Source: Paragordius varius (lineage: Eukaryota; Animalia; Nematomorpha). Taken from it: DNA of 64,000 nucleotides. The position numbers and the translations under genes are program-made. Below, piece by piece: positions 13,402-27,270 of the stretch (its first letter is position 1; the number at the start of each line of letters is the position of its first letter). The notes beneath the pieces were generated by a model, which saw only the letters and a program-made list of their open reading frames with translations, made no database searches and had not been told where the DNA came from. Where the stretch lies: NCBI GenBank assembly GCA_964247055.1, contig OZ176056.1:3410001-3474000 (forward strand), read 5' to 3'.

Positions 13402-16400
13402 TTACATCACACTATCACCAATGAGTGTTGAGGTAAAATATTTGTTTTTGGAAAATGCGACTAGAGATTTGTATGGTTCAAATGGTCCAGATTTAACAAA
13501 ACTCTCATTGTATAGGACATTTATACAGGATTGAGCTTCGCTGAACAGAGTCATTTGAAGATACAGTAAACACACATTGTGCCTGATTACAAATAGTTGT
13601 CGAATATCCTCTGGTTTATTCTGTTTAATGTGGGGAGATATTAGTTTTTGGTATGTATGCAAAGCTTTCTCAAAATCCTTAAAATATTTTGTATAAATTT
13701 CCGCAACTAAGTATAATCCTTTATGGTTATTAGGATATTGCTTTAGCATAATATCCATTGTTTCAATAAGGGATTCCTCTAAATAGTTGGCAGTGTTATC
13801 ACTTTTCTTGATTCGCGTGAATTGAGTATATAAAAGTTTGTACAAATTATCGAAGGAGAGAGAAAACCGTTCTGTAAAACCTTTTAACGCTACAAATGAA
13901 GACATTTGAATGAGGTAATCCGTTATAAATCTTTTATATAGAGCGTTTTGATCATTATTTTGTATTGCATCTGGCGCGGAGCATAATTTATGGAGAAGTG
14001 ATATAACTGTTTTTATAACTTCCCCATTTTTTTGTTATCCAATAATTTCTTCAAAGGCGCTAACGGACAAACGTTGATTTTTGTAAAGGTTTCTAAAAAA
14101 TCAATCACAGAATTTGGCTCATTTTTATCCGTTATCAACAACATTATTTGAGCATATGTAAGAGCTTTGGAATTTGCACTAAATTGGTCCATATTTATGT
14201 TTTGGGCATGGCTAAATAGATAGATAAAAATAGTTTTATTACACATTCAATGTAAAATTAGTAGTTATTACCTTTTTCCAGAGTTGAGAAACATGTGAAA
14301 TAATTGGATCTGATAATCTTGCGGATATATCTTTAAATATTTATGGTACAAAATATCAGCACGAGCTAGCTGGTGATTGCGATGATACAATTTGGCTAAT
14401 ATGCTGTATGCTTTGGGCCAATGAAATGGTAAGACACCTTCGTTTTCTATTGCATTAAGATGTTTTTCTAATTCATAGACTGCTTTTTCGTAGGTCTCAA
14501 CGGATAACTAAGAAATATGAATAGTTAGAGAAAAACAATAATGTAATAAAACGGTAAAAACAATTTTTACCTTTAGTCTATCGCTCTTTGAGTATATCCT
14601 TGCAATATTCATTATGGTTCCAACATCATCAGATTGTAATCTCGATGCTTGATTATAACAACACAAGGCTTGTTTGAGGTCATTTTGTTCTTCGTAATAT
14701 AGGCCCAGGTTATTCCACGGTTTAGCGTTTAGAGGAACGACCCGAGTTGCTGATAGCATGAGACTTTGGTTATTTTTCCAATCTTGGTTACGGAAATAAC
14801 ATTTTGCTCCATAAATAAATGTGATGGAGGCAAGAATTATATGGACAATTGTCAATGATCTAAAAAGGTATTTAGCTAAATCTGTACAAAAATCAAGGCT
14901 GGTAAATTTTTGTAAGATTCTTTCGTGCCTAAATTATTTCATACAATGGGAGATTAACCCAGTACTTTTTCCTAAAAAGACTTATATTGCCTCTTAGATT
15001 TATTACTCAAATTAATTAAAATATGTTAAACTTAATAATGAACGCTATGAAATTATAATAAGATATTCCAATTGATTTTAAGAAATAATTATTTAATTTT
15101 TGATGTAAAAATATTATGAACAAAATTCAGCAATCAAATCGAACCTGTTATTATTGGGTATTTGTAAGAGTATCCATAATAACAGCATTGTAATTCCTAA
15201 ACTAGGGATGTATAAAACCCTTTCGGCCAAAACAAATCCAACCGAGAAAAATAGGTTTGAGGAGGGAATAAATGGAATGAAGGCTATGCCAAAACCCTAT
15301 AAATATAAATAATAAATCGGTATCTCAAATTTAGTGTGCTTTTTAACTTTTACAAATTTTTTAAACAGAGTGTGTTTTTAGCATCCGAAAAAAGTTACAT
15401 GGGCGGCAATATTTCAAAGGCAGAGTTTTGCGATAACTTTTTTGAAATACTGCGTTTTTAAACTTACATAACATATTTAACCAAAAAATATCTGTCAACA
15501 TAGTCAATATAATTTTAAAAATGTTGTTTAGGGTTTTCAAAATAGGTCTAATCGCGAAATAGTTACAACTATTCATAGAAATGTATCTTATTAATGGTTA
15601 ATGTGAAAGTATTAAAATTAAAACAATTTAAAATTTCAAACCTTGTGACAATCGAAAAATCTTTTAAAATATTATTTTTGGCAAGATGTTATTAGATTAA
15701 TTTAATTCTCTCTTGACAGATTTTAATACAATTAAAATTAAAAATCTATATAAAAACATTTTAAATTAGACTTCTCTCTAAATGCTTTAAAAAAATATGA
15801 TCAGAATATTATTAAATCAGCTGGGGCGCATTTCGGTTTATGCCCTCCATTAATTTTCAGATATAAAAACTATTAAATATCCTTCCAAAAGGGATACCTT
15901 TTAAGATCTTGTAGAAGCTAAATTAATATATCCTTAAACCCAGAAATTTTCTATTTAATATTATATAATTGACTCTCTATAATCAATTTTAAACTAAAAA
16001 ATTATCGGACCGTAAAAAAAAATTAAAACTTAAGTAATTACCATTGTAATAAATAAGATGTGTTTTATAATATAGTTGTTGGATTTAGTAATTTTTTCTA
16101 CAGATAGAGGTGGGATTAAATTTTTTCCTTTGTTAGGAATGGATGTTGGCATTTTTTTACCAAAATTAATCTCTATTAACTCTTTTTCATTGTTAATGCT
16201 GTTGTTTCTTTCGCTCGGATTATTTTTGCTGTAATTATAATTTTTATTATTGTTATAGTTAATGGAAGATGAGTTATTTTTTAATACTGTATAACATAGT
16301 GCTGCTGCTGGTTTTGAAAATAAAGGCAATCTCCTAACGACGAGTTTAGTTATAAGTTAAGCTTTAACCAAAATTAAAAGTAATATCATTAATGTTAATA

Positions 16401-19400
16401 GGTTTCTCGTATCTTTAATTCCGTAGATGAGTGGTATAGCATTCCCAGACCAGTCACAGCTTAATGCAAAAGGCCACACTATTTTCCAATAATTTAGTGC
16501 AAAAAGGTAGGAGTTGTGTAAAAGTTTGTTCTTCCAATTTCGTTTAAAACTGTTTGGATTATCATACCTAAATATAATGATAACACAAAGTAAAGAGTTA
16601 ATCTATAAATTATTTATATGTATGTATTATATCAATTGGATATTACTTGAAAAACTTGGGTGTTTGAAAGGCCATAATCCAAAATCTTAACAATAGGCAT
16701 GAGATCATTCCTAGAAAATAGCAAGTTTGATGGAGAAGAAGCGCTTTAAAATTTGATTTCGGGCATGTTAACTAATCAAGATATAAAAAAACAGAATGTT
16801 TAAAATACCATTTATAGATACCCCAAATTTTCAAAAAAATAAGTAATTACCCATTTGACAAAGCTGTAAATCGCCATGATAAGGATGACTGTGATTCCTT
16901 GTTCTTTGAAAAGCATGGCACACAAACCGAAAAACAAACTAGCGATTGAAAATCCTAGGTAGACAAAACTGTTAACTAACTGGTATATATTTTGTGAAAA
17001 GTTAGCAAAATATAATTCTATACCTCTGTTTTGTTGGACGCAACATATTAAAGCAATTAAAACACATATACAGGATAGGATCTCACTGCGTCCGACTATG
17101 CTTGTCACCTTTGATGTTAAGTAAGAAACATTAAATATAGATTTCATAAAATTATTATGAATAAAAAGTTATATTATTACAGCGTCACAGTGTATCGGAT
17201 TAACTGCAAATAGGATAGTTGTCCATATAGCAATATTTTCGTTTCGCTTTTTTTCGCAATTATCAACTGAGGAGGCCAAAAGCATATTGGTAAACCTAAT
17301 TTGGTAAATATAATTTTCCTTTTTTTAAAATGTTATATAAAAATATTAATGGTTAGTTACAGCTTCTCTTGTGAGATTAAAAAATGTGGAAAATAATTCT
17401 AAAAAACTTTTTACCAGCCAATATTTATAAATATACAGGTATTAAATTATAAGCCAAAATATTTTGGTTTTATAAACCAAAAGCAAACCACTAATTTTTG
17501 CTAAAAATTGCGGTCACCTTGTTTTAGGAAAATATCCCAAAACTTAATTGGCAAATTTTTTAATTAAGTTTCAACAAAAATAATTTCATACATGGTAGGT
17601 TACCAGGTTAGTTTTAAATTTTAAAAGGTACCGTACTTTTTATAATGAATCAGATGTTTTGTGCTCTTACTTTCCCAAGATATTTACAAAACAATTTAAA
17701 TGTTCCTTTCTCCTTATTTAAATATTTTAAATTAAAAATTTAATAAACAAAAGATAGTTGCCAATTTAAAATAAAACTGTATATCAAACTCATATATAAT
17801 TTCCTATAAATGCCTACCCGATATTTGTAGTTGTAATAAATTAATCTCATTAAAAAACTTCATGAAGAGATTCTTTTGGAACCAACATCTCTCAAATTTT
17901 CCTTGTAACCATTTATATCCCAAATTTTTAAAAGTTGAATTAAAAATAAAAAACTGCTAAAAATTAAGATTCTGATAAATGGTGTGCCCTACTCCCACCT
18001 ATTTATATAACATTTTCTTTGTCAAAACTGTTAATCCGTATTTAGATATTTAAGTTAAGTAGATAATAAATAGTTATTGGTAGATTTGAGTTCATTTTAC
18101 CATTCATGCCAATTCCCAAATGGCAAAGGCATCAAAACATTGTTGCCTATTAATTTTTGTGATAAAATCATTATATAAAATAGCTGCTTTGATAGATTTT
18201 GTCTCTCAATTTCGTTTCCAAAACTATTAGCAGCACAGTATTTGGTGAAAAAAATTAATTTTAAAGTTAAATATCATTTAGGGAATTTACATTTTGCAGA
18301 GAATGCTAAACGTGCGTGATCTCAATCCCGTTTTACCAATTTGCTGCAAATATAAATACATTTTTTCACGTTTTATTTTATATACTTAATTTTTTAGTAC
18401 TCTATGATACTAAAATTTAAGATAATCATACATATTGTGGTTTTACGACCTTTAATTCAATTTATATACACTTTTTACTTTAAAACTAATAAAAAAAGGC
18501 AAAAAAAATAACCTGTAAATTAAAATACAAGCGATCCCATGTAATACAATGTTGCAGAGATGAAAACTCCAAGCTTTTTGATTCAAAGCATAATTGAGTC
18601 TAAATGTTAGCGTTGTCAAAGGTCGATATGATTTATGACTCATTTCCTATAACACAGAAAAAAATTATTATCAATAAATTCAGCAAATATAAATTTTTAC
18701 AAAAATTTTTTTTCTAAAGATACAAAGTTAATATATATATTAGTGAAAGGTAAAGTATACACTTGACTTCATCTATTGTGCCTCAGAGTAATAAATTTAA
18801 CCATAAAATAGATATTGCCTACTAGTATACTTTGAATAAAAAATTTGAACAAAATTAAATGTTTATCATAAAATTATTTTCTCTGTGCGGATTTTATACT
18901 TTTGTAATCCCTAAAAAATGTGAACAAACTAAATATAAAAGAAAATCTGATGTTGTGACCATAAAACGTATGTTGCTTAAAATAAAGTATAAATACGCAA
19001 ATTTTATATTTTGATGTCAAACTCATGAATATTCATTGAACGTATATACCAGCACAAAAGCTGGCTTTTAAACTTTGTATTAAAAAAACTTTACATATAA
19101 TGAATGCATCAATAATTAGCCTATTAAAATGTTATAGGATATGTTAAATTATTGGTTATCATTGCTAAGTCGTGGCTAGATAATAGAAATTTTTAAATAT
19201 ATGTAAATTGGAACCCCAAAAATAACCCTAATTGTGGGCAAAAACTGAGGTTTCTGAAAAAGTAAAATTAAAATTTTTAAATATATATATTGAACTCAAA
19301 TAATGTAAAATAAAATTTTTGGTCTTTTTTGAGGGTTTGTGGTAAGGTCTATTCAATTTAAAATAATAGCAAAGTGATTATTAACGTAGCTATAAAATAT

Positions 19401-19841
19401 AAAGTCACTGTATTTTAAAAAGCTTAATATGACAGGGTATCAGTGTATAACAAATGTAATGCACAAAAGTTAAATTTTTTGTTTATAGCAAAAAACCTCT
19501 CTAATATCATTTCCCCAGTAATCATGCTTCCAAATATCAATCCAAGGTTTTAGAGCTATTACCATAGATTTTGATGTCAAATTTTTTTCATTGAAATGAA
19601 TATTTGAATCTCGAATATTAAGAAGGGAAAAACTCAATGATTGGTATATGATTGTCAAAAATTTAAGAATATCCAAATTTTTCCATCCAGCCGTAACGTC
19701 GGGATTGTTAAGAATAGCTGGAAAATCGTCGAAAACAAAATCACAATATATGGCATTGTGATAAACAATTGCAATTATCCCCGCAATTAAGCATTTAGGG
19801 TATTTGAGGAGTATGATAGTTTTGAAAATATTTCTGTCCAT
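13402..19841 (-). pseudogene. Tmtc: TMTC-family O-mannosyltransferase, copy B (TM/DUF1736 + TPR), 10 exons, apparently disrupted
   Basis: Exons 19497-19841, 18513-18646, 17181-17295, 16851-17108, 16647-16771, 16042-16567, 15145-15296, 14571-14859, 14272-14507, 13402-14211. Motifs: SHKSYRPLTTLTFRLNY, LFAVNPIHCDAVTSIVGRSE, AMLFKEQGIT, LSCDWSGNAIPLI, PFIPSSNLFFSVGFVLAERVLYIPS, RNQDW, NAKPWNNLG. In-frame TAA at 16357-16359 and frameshift at T7 run 14027-14033. Family call is strong; pseudogene status and TMTC1-4 subfamily are uncertain. Confidence 0.75.
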
Positions 19842-21099
19842 ATTTTATGCCTTTTTAACACTAAAGTAATTGAATAGGAGATGCATAATTGGAGTAATTT
19901 TATATTTTTTAATTATCCGATCAAGTATTTATTATTGTTATTAGATGATGTGGAAATTATGGAATTAGTGATCCCAGCACACTCACACACAAAAGGATTA
20001 AATTTCATACCTCTACCATCCATATTTAGAATAACATAGCATTTGATCTAATAGTATAAACGTTTATTATATGATTGGAATTATACGCTATAAAAATAGA
20101 TTTATGATGTAGAATCATTTTCGCTTACTGTAAAATATAAATGTATAGATTAAGGATCAAAGGTTAAATTTATTTTGGACGATTGGCGGCAAAATAATCT
20201 GGTAATATTGTTGGCATTTGTGCAATTTATATATTATTGTGATGTTGTTTAAATATCACATCATTGGAATTTTCTAATGGATGGATGGAAGAATGGTTTC
20301 AAATAAATTGAATTATGACAAATTGTGACAAAAATAATGTTGATATCTAGCAAACCAAATAATTTTGAGGCATATACTATCTGTATAATTTCTGGTATTT
20401 CCTTAAAAGCAATTATTGTACAATGATTAGTTCAATTAAATTACAATAATATTTTTTATGATATAAATATGAAATCTTGACGATATTATACCAATACAGT
20501 ATAAAAAACCCTTTCACACATACCACCAACAATACTTACTGATATTGTACGTTTTTTATTACATTTTTAGATATATTGACAATTATGGAAAATTACCATT
20601 GTATATATACATATTATATACTAAATGGATAGGCATATACCCTTATTAAGAAACAGTAACAGATGGTAGAAAAAGCTTTTAACAATAAAAATGACAACAT
20701 TTATATTTTCCAGTGACATTTATTGGTTTTGCTTTTTATGTATATTTTATATGTCCCTTTTAGTCCCCATATTTTTTTGTTTACAATAGATTTTAGGCAT
20801 AAATGTAATAAAAATTATTTTATATTTGAATTTAAATTAGAGATATTATTGTTAATCACACTAGCGTATGGTATAAAAACATTATTAGCCCATAATAGAA
20901 TAAAAAGATGTTTTTTTCTTAACCTAGCCTAGTTTTATATAGACATATATATAATAACCCCTTGTTTTAAAAAAAACCTTTTTTTATTCTTTTATGGACT
21001 AGTATTGTTTTATGCCATACGCTACCGTATAATCAGTTAGCCAACCTTGGTCTCTAAAATTATGTTCACTCAATCAAAAAAAAATAATTAGCCATTTAT

Positions 21100-22085
21100 A
21101 TTAACTATCAGTAATAATAAGATATTAGTCGTTACCGGTTTAATTTATAGACGTCAAAAAATGGGCAGACGATTAATTTAGGAGCCCATTTTGATCATCT
21201 GACATTAAACTACACATAAGTTGACTACACCAAATATTAATATTTTTTATCAATTGTTAATCTTAAATTTGTGCCAGAAAAACAGAATTTACTGCTAACA
21301 TTCTTATCACATAAAAAAGAAACCTTATAAATTATAAAAGTCGCGATATTCAATTTGGAAAGAGTGGCCGCTTTGATAAGAAACATCTATAACGATAAAG
21401 AGAAAGAGTTATGGAATGATGATTTAACTCAAAACAATCAGTATAACTGCAATAGAGAATAAACTTTAGATGGGTCTCACACAATTTGATTGAACGTCAA
21501 ATCGGAAGGTAATCTGCCTAAATGTCAAGAAATGGAATAACTTTTGATAAGGGAATGAAAGTGACTTTAGTTAAAATCCAAAGCGGAAATATGCTTATTG
21601 TATGGCAAAGGAGCCGTAGCAATATGAACTTTTGAAGCTTGGTGAGAAACTAATACACAATGATTCCAATAAATCAAAAGGTTAAGCCATGCATTAATCA
21701 AAAAACAGCCGGAATGTACTAGAATACACACAGTTATTTGGCTCATGACAATGCTCAGTCTTAGACAACAAAACCAGGGAAAGACACCTTAAAATCACTT
21801 AAAATTCTTCCGCATCCGCCGTACTCAGGCACCATCTGACTATTTACTTTTTTGCATCAATGGCCGACCGCAAAGCAGCACTTTAATAATTAAGAAGAGG
21901 AAAATAACTTTAACGGTTTTCCACAAAAGACAATGAATTTGACATGGCATTAATTAATAATACTGAGATGGATGAAATGTGTAGAAACCTATGTACAATA
22001 TTTTGAATAAAATAAATGATTGATTTTGTTAGAAACGTTGGCGTTTTTAACGCATAGCCGGTAACATATATCGCTTGGTATAAAA
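21100..22085 (+). mobile_element. Degenerate mariner (Mos1-like) transposon, copy B
   Basis: HDNAQS..ILPHPPYS..PSDYLLF(A)SMA..QHFN across frameshifts; orthologous to the copy A element. Confidence 0.88.
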
Positions 22086-24238
22086 CACATATTATATCAT
22101 ATGTCTGCATAAATATTTGTATAAAGTATATTTTAGAATATATGAATAAATTAATTTGATTAGCAATAAAATGTTCAGATATTAACCTTTTACTACAAAG
22201 ATATACTTTCTCAAAAAAACATAAAGCACCACGGAGCAAATAAATATTATAAAATGACATACTGTCAAGCAGTATTATAATTAAGATCCCAATATAATCC
22301 AACCGTTTTATGCGCGGACATCATGTTTTTTCGGATTTTTAAAATTTATGAGATCGTTTTGGCAATGAGGCTAATTATTACATTTAGCCATTTACAAAAT
22401 ATTTGAATCTCTCAATTTAATTTTATCCCCGAACCTAATCTGTCACCTTTAAGGCATTTAAGTAGGAATAATTGAATCAAGCAAGTTAATTTCTGATAAA
22501 AATTGTAAATCGGATATTGTGAATTGGATAAATACATAACTAAATAATATAATTTTAATTGTCATTTTTAATCAATTTTTAGGAAAATGTTTGATTACTT
22601 AAAATATTTTTGTCAATTATTACACTTAGCCTCATCACTAAAATTTATTATAAACTGTATATAAAAAGAAAGACATTATTTTTATAAAACTTTAAATATT
22701 TATGGGCTCCGAAAATCTTAAATTATTTGGCCCTCCTAAAATGGGCTAGTTCTCTTAAATAAAGACAAAAATGCCGATATTTCCCGATAAAAGTTTTTAA
22801 TATATATAGTGGATAATGGCATTAAAAATACATATTTTTTCAAAAAAAATGTATGCTTTGTTTAAAAATTTATTTTCTAGAAAATTTTTGCTGAAGCGTA
22901 CTTTATGTTATTTTACATGATGGCAACCTTATACAAAGGGTTTAGATTTAAAATATTCAAAAAAACACTCTTTCAAAATTCAATGATGCTGAACATTTAT
23001 ATCACCTTAGAATTTTAAAAATTCGTTTGTGTTTCTAAATTTAAATTCTGATATGATTAAAATATTCGAAATTACAGCATCGAATTCATAGTAAAAGTGT
23101 TTTATAATATCTTAAAATATTTACCGTTACCACACGTTCAAAATACCATAAAACTAGCTTCACCAAAAATTTGCTATAAATTAAATTATTTAATTTTTTG
23201 ATAAAAAAATTTTGTTGTCAAAATATATGATATTTTTAAATTTTTTGCAATCTCCCCTTTTTCGCGTTTCGGCTTTTGGAGCCCACATCTAAAAATTAAA
23301 ATTAATGAATACATTTTTTGCTTTTTATATGTTGATTAGTGATATTTTTGACATAAAGCAACTTTTATCAAATTTTATCAAAATGAGCGCGAATATTGCC
23401 TTTTTGACATGCAATAAGTTACCACAAAAGTGTAATTTATTTTTAAAAAACTCGTAAGGGCAAAAACAAACCATTTTAATCTGGATACATCCTATCAGAA
23501 TATATATGTATTTCATCATGTTTTTCTGTAGACACTGTCATATGATCGGTGTAATATTAAAGTGCATGAAGTATTTGAATCTGATTGGGCGAAAAATTGC
23601 TTAAATTTGTTTAAGGCGCATTTTAAGCCGGATGAGCACTATCCAATATGATTTTAATTACTATCCTAGGTTTATGAAAATAGGGTTTTATGTATTTTCT
23701 AAAATTGTATCAAAATTATTCTTGGAGACTTAATTTGCACAAAACGTATTTTCGATTGTGAAACTTTATATAGGACTTATTATAAGATCTTTTAAATTAT
23801 ATTTCTTTCGCGCAAAAAAGGCTCCTAGTATGATCCTGGTATCTTAATTTTGTGAATGTTTGACAGTATGTCATATTTTACATTTATTAGGTCTGAGATG
23901 CTATTTTAATGAAAATAAATATATAGAGATTTGTGGCAAAACGTCATTTGAAAATCAAAATAATTTATTCATATATTCCAATATTTAATATAATTCAGTT
24001 TTTATAACTATGACTAATATTCTCTCATAGCTATATGAGATGTTTTAAATTTTGTATTCGTTTAATATAATTTAAGATACCAAGATGGATACCCAAACCA
24101 ATTATTTTTGATGAGTGCAAAAACGAAATTCTCAAAAAGCTTAATTAATAACAATAAATGTCACCAAAAATAAATGTTGTCGTTTTTATATATTTATTTA
24201 GATTCATTGCTGAAAGCTTTTATACTAGTCGTAACAAG

Positions 24239-24310
<72 letters not shown>
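24239..24310. repeat. (TA)n microsatellite; shorter ortholog at ~6995-7024; others at ~32372, 34250, 42625, 63160
   Basis: Seen directly in the sequence. Confidence 0.95.
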
Positions 24311-24313
<3 letters not shown>

Positions 24314-25269
24314 AGACATTTATTATTAATGGAAATGCATTATTGTCAAAAATGTATAATATATATAAATCATACTACAAAAATTAGAAGGCTTGGTATT
24401 AATATTATAAATATATCGAATTCTTTTTGAAAAAAATATTAGGCGATGTTACATGGTTTATTTGAAAAATCTATATAGATATTTTCAATTTTATAAATGC
24501 GACGGAATAGCTATAAATGGTACGGTGATTTAAACTTGTGGTTGAATTGTAATAGATAACTTATAGTCTGATGTTTAGACTCTAATATTAGTTGTATACG
24601 GCTTACTAAAATACGGCTCCCTAGACTTTTGTGTTTGGGTAAAAAATCTTAGATTTAATATTCCAAACTATTATCAATTGATAAGTTTATTTATCGAAAA
24701 TATTGGGAATTTTAATATTTCTACCCCAAAAAATAAAAAACCACCTCAAGGTATTAACTCACCTTGAATGAGTTATCACATATACTGAGAAATCATTATA
24801 GAGGTTGTTTTTGATAAAACTTTAGAAATTTATACAATTATTAAATTTTATATTAACCTTATTTTACCGTTTCATAACAGGTTTTTATTAAAAACAAATC
24901 CTTTGTATCTATTTGCCTAAACTAGTCATATTGTATTTTTACCGCAATTTTGTATTGAACCTTAAATTCAGCAATGATTGTTTTTTATTTCGGATTATTA
25001 CTGGTAAAACTTTGTCAAAATTGTTTTCATATGAATAAAATTTCTCACCAACGTAAATTCTGTTATGTGGACATTGTAAAAATTAAAAGTCAACCATACT
25101 TTTCAATCTTCCCATATAAACTATTTAATTTCAATAAATTATAAAATTGATTAGATAAATTTACATCGCTATTCCCTTATTATGGGACGCCAAGATTATA
25201 TTTTAAGTGTATAAAAGTATGGGCGATATATAAAAAAAATTTTGTCTTTTTGTTTACATTTAATCTGTG

Positions 25270-27270
25270 TAATTTCATTTTTACTATATATTTAAATTCA
25301 AAGTTGAGAAAAATTTCTTGCATTATCAGTGAAATTTCGACAATTATTTTACATTTATCTTTACATTTTATGAAACAAAAACAACTTAATTTTTTAAATT
25401 ATACATTTAACAAAAGATTTTGCATTGATACGTTCAATGAATATTCATGAGTTTGACATCAAATTTTAATTTGCGAATTCATATTGGAACATAGAAAATA
25501 CGTTTTTATTATATCAGATTTTATACATATTAGTTCATTCGCATTTTTAAGGATTTGCAAAAGTTTAAAATCCGTACAGATATAACAAATTTATACAAAA
25601 TACCAAGCTGTAATTATATATTATGCATTATGGTTAAATTTTATTATTGACGACAAAAATGAAGTCAAGTGTGGAATCCTTTGACTTTTATTTTCTATTA
25701 TTTTTATAAATAATAAGATTGTATTTGACAAAAGGCTAATATTTAGTTTATTTATTATGATTTGAACAGACAAACTTGTAGTTTTTTAATCTTTGCAACT
25801 TGTATTATACGAATTGCTTATATTTTTATTTTAAGGTAAGGATACTACAAAAGCCATCTATTTAAAGTTTTATTATATATAATTGGACTGAAGGTCGTAA
25901 ATACCACATTATGTACACAGATCAGATATTAGTATTACAGAGCAATAAAAAAATAACTATAAAATAATCTTTAATTGAATGCATTTCGTATTCCAACAAA
26001 TTGGTAAAAGAGGATTGAGATCACGCACATTTATTTAGGTTCCTCTAAAATAAATTCCCTAAATGATTAAATTTAAAATCATTTTTTCACAAATATTGTG
26101 CTAAAGATTTGAATGAAATTCTGACACAATATATTAATATATTTTTATAAAGATTTTAGGACACAAATTAATAGGCATTGTTTTGATGCCTTTGCCATTT
26201 GGGAATTGGCATGGTAAAATGAACTCAAAACTACCAATAACTATTTATTATCTATTTAAGATATATATATATTTAAATGCATTTATCATAAAATTAAGGA
26301 CCGTTATATATATTTATAAAATTTCCGATATCATTAACTTTATCTAGCAGAGGTTAGAGCACCGAAAATAATTCATAGCAGTCAGCTCTTTTTATACTGA
26401 AATTTTGACTAAATTTTAAAGAACCAATGATTTTAACTTATCCTGAATTTCCAAAAAAGCAAATTGACCCATAATTTAATACAAGAAAATGATAACATAT
26501 AGAAAAGTGGTAGAGTTCAGTTTTAATATTTTCTTGAAAAAAATAATGCATGAAAAAAAAGGGGTATGATTTTTAGTTTAATTAAAAAAGACGGTTAATT
26601 AAAATGATATATAAATTTCTAATTTTCTTTTAAATCTCTGCAGCTAAACCACGATATAAAACTTAAATATCTCTTTTCCATCCAGTTCTTGCTAAGCTAA
26701 TTGCAGTTAATTTTGACCTTTTAAACACCCAATTTATTAAGTAATATGATTTTAAAACCTGTTTAATTAAAATAAAACAGTTTTGAAGGGTATTGGAAAC
26801 ACAAATTTCACAACACCTACCTTTTTGCACTAAATTATTGGAAAATTGTCTTTTGCATTAAGTTGTGACTGGTCTGGGAATGCTATACCTCTCATCCGTG
26901 GAATTAAAGATACAAGAAATCTATTAATTTTAATGATATTACTTTTGATTTTGGTTAATTACCTTATAACTAGACTCGTAGTTAGGAGATTGCCTTTATT
27001 TTTAACAGGATTATGTTATACAGTATTAAAAAATAACTCATCTTCCATCAACTATAACAATAATAAAATTTATAATTACACCAAAAATAATCCGAGCGAA
27101 AAAAACAGCATTAACAAAAAAAAGAGTTAATGGAGATTAATTTTGGTGAAAAAATGCCAACATCCATTCCTAACAAAGAAAATTTAATCCCACCTCTGCC
27201 TCCTGAACAAATTACTAAAGCCAAAAACTAAATTACTCACATCTTTCAAATATAATGGTGAATATTTTAA
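25270..27270 (+). pseudogene. Tmtc: Inverted, decayed TMTC relic (intron 1, exon 2, intron 2, end of exon 5, exon 6)
   Basis: 25428-25480 is the reverse complement of 19000-19045. 25720-25830 is a degenerate exon 2. 26170-26260 mirrors 18060-18150. 26670-26750 mirrors exon 5. ORF 26846-27130 reads SCDWSGNAIPLI..RRLPLF (exon 6). Confidence 0.85.

Noticed and set aside
16357-16359. Alternative genetic code (TAA read as sense)
   Set aside because: The 9.57-kb Notch CDS has no internal stops and TAA ends normal ORFs; a single substitution is simpler.
24158-24430. ORF with (IY)n repeat and other 60-90 aa AT-rich ORFs
   Set aside because: Produced by (TA)n microsatellites and compositional bias; no homology signal.
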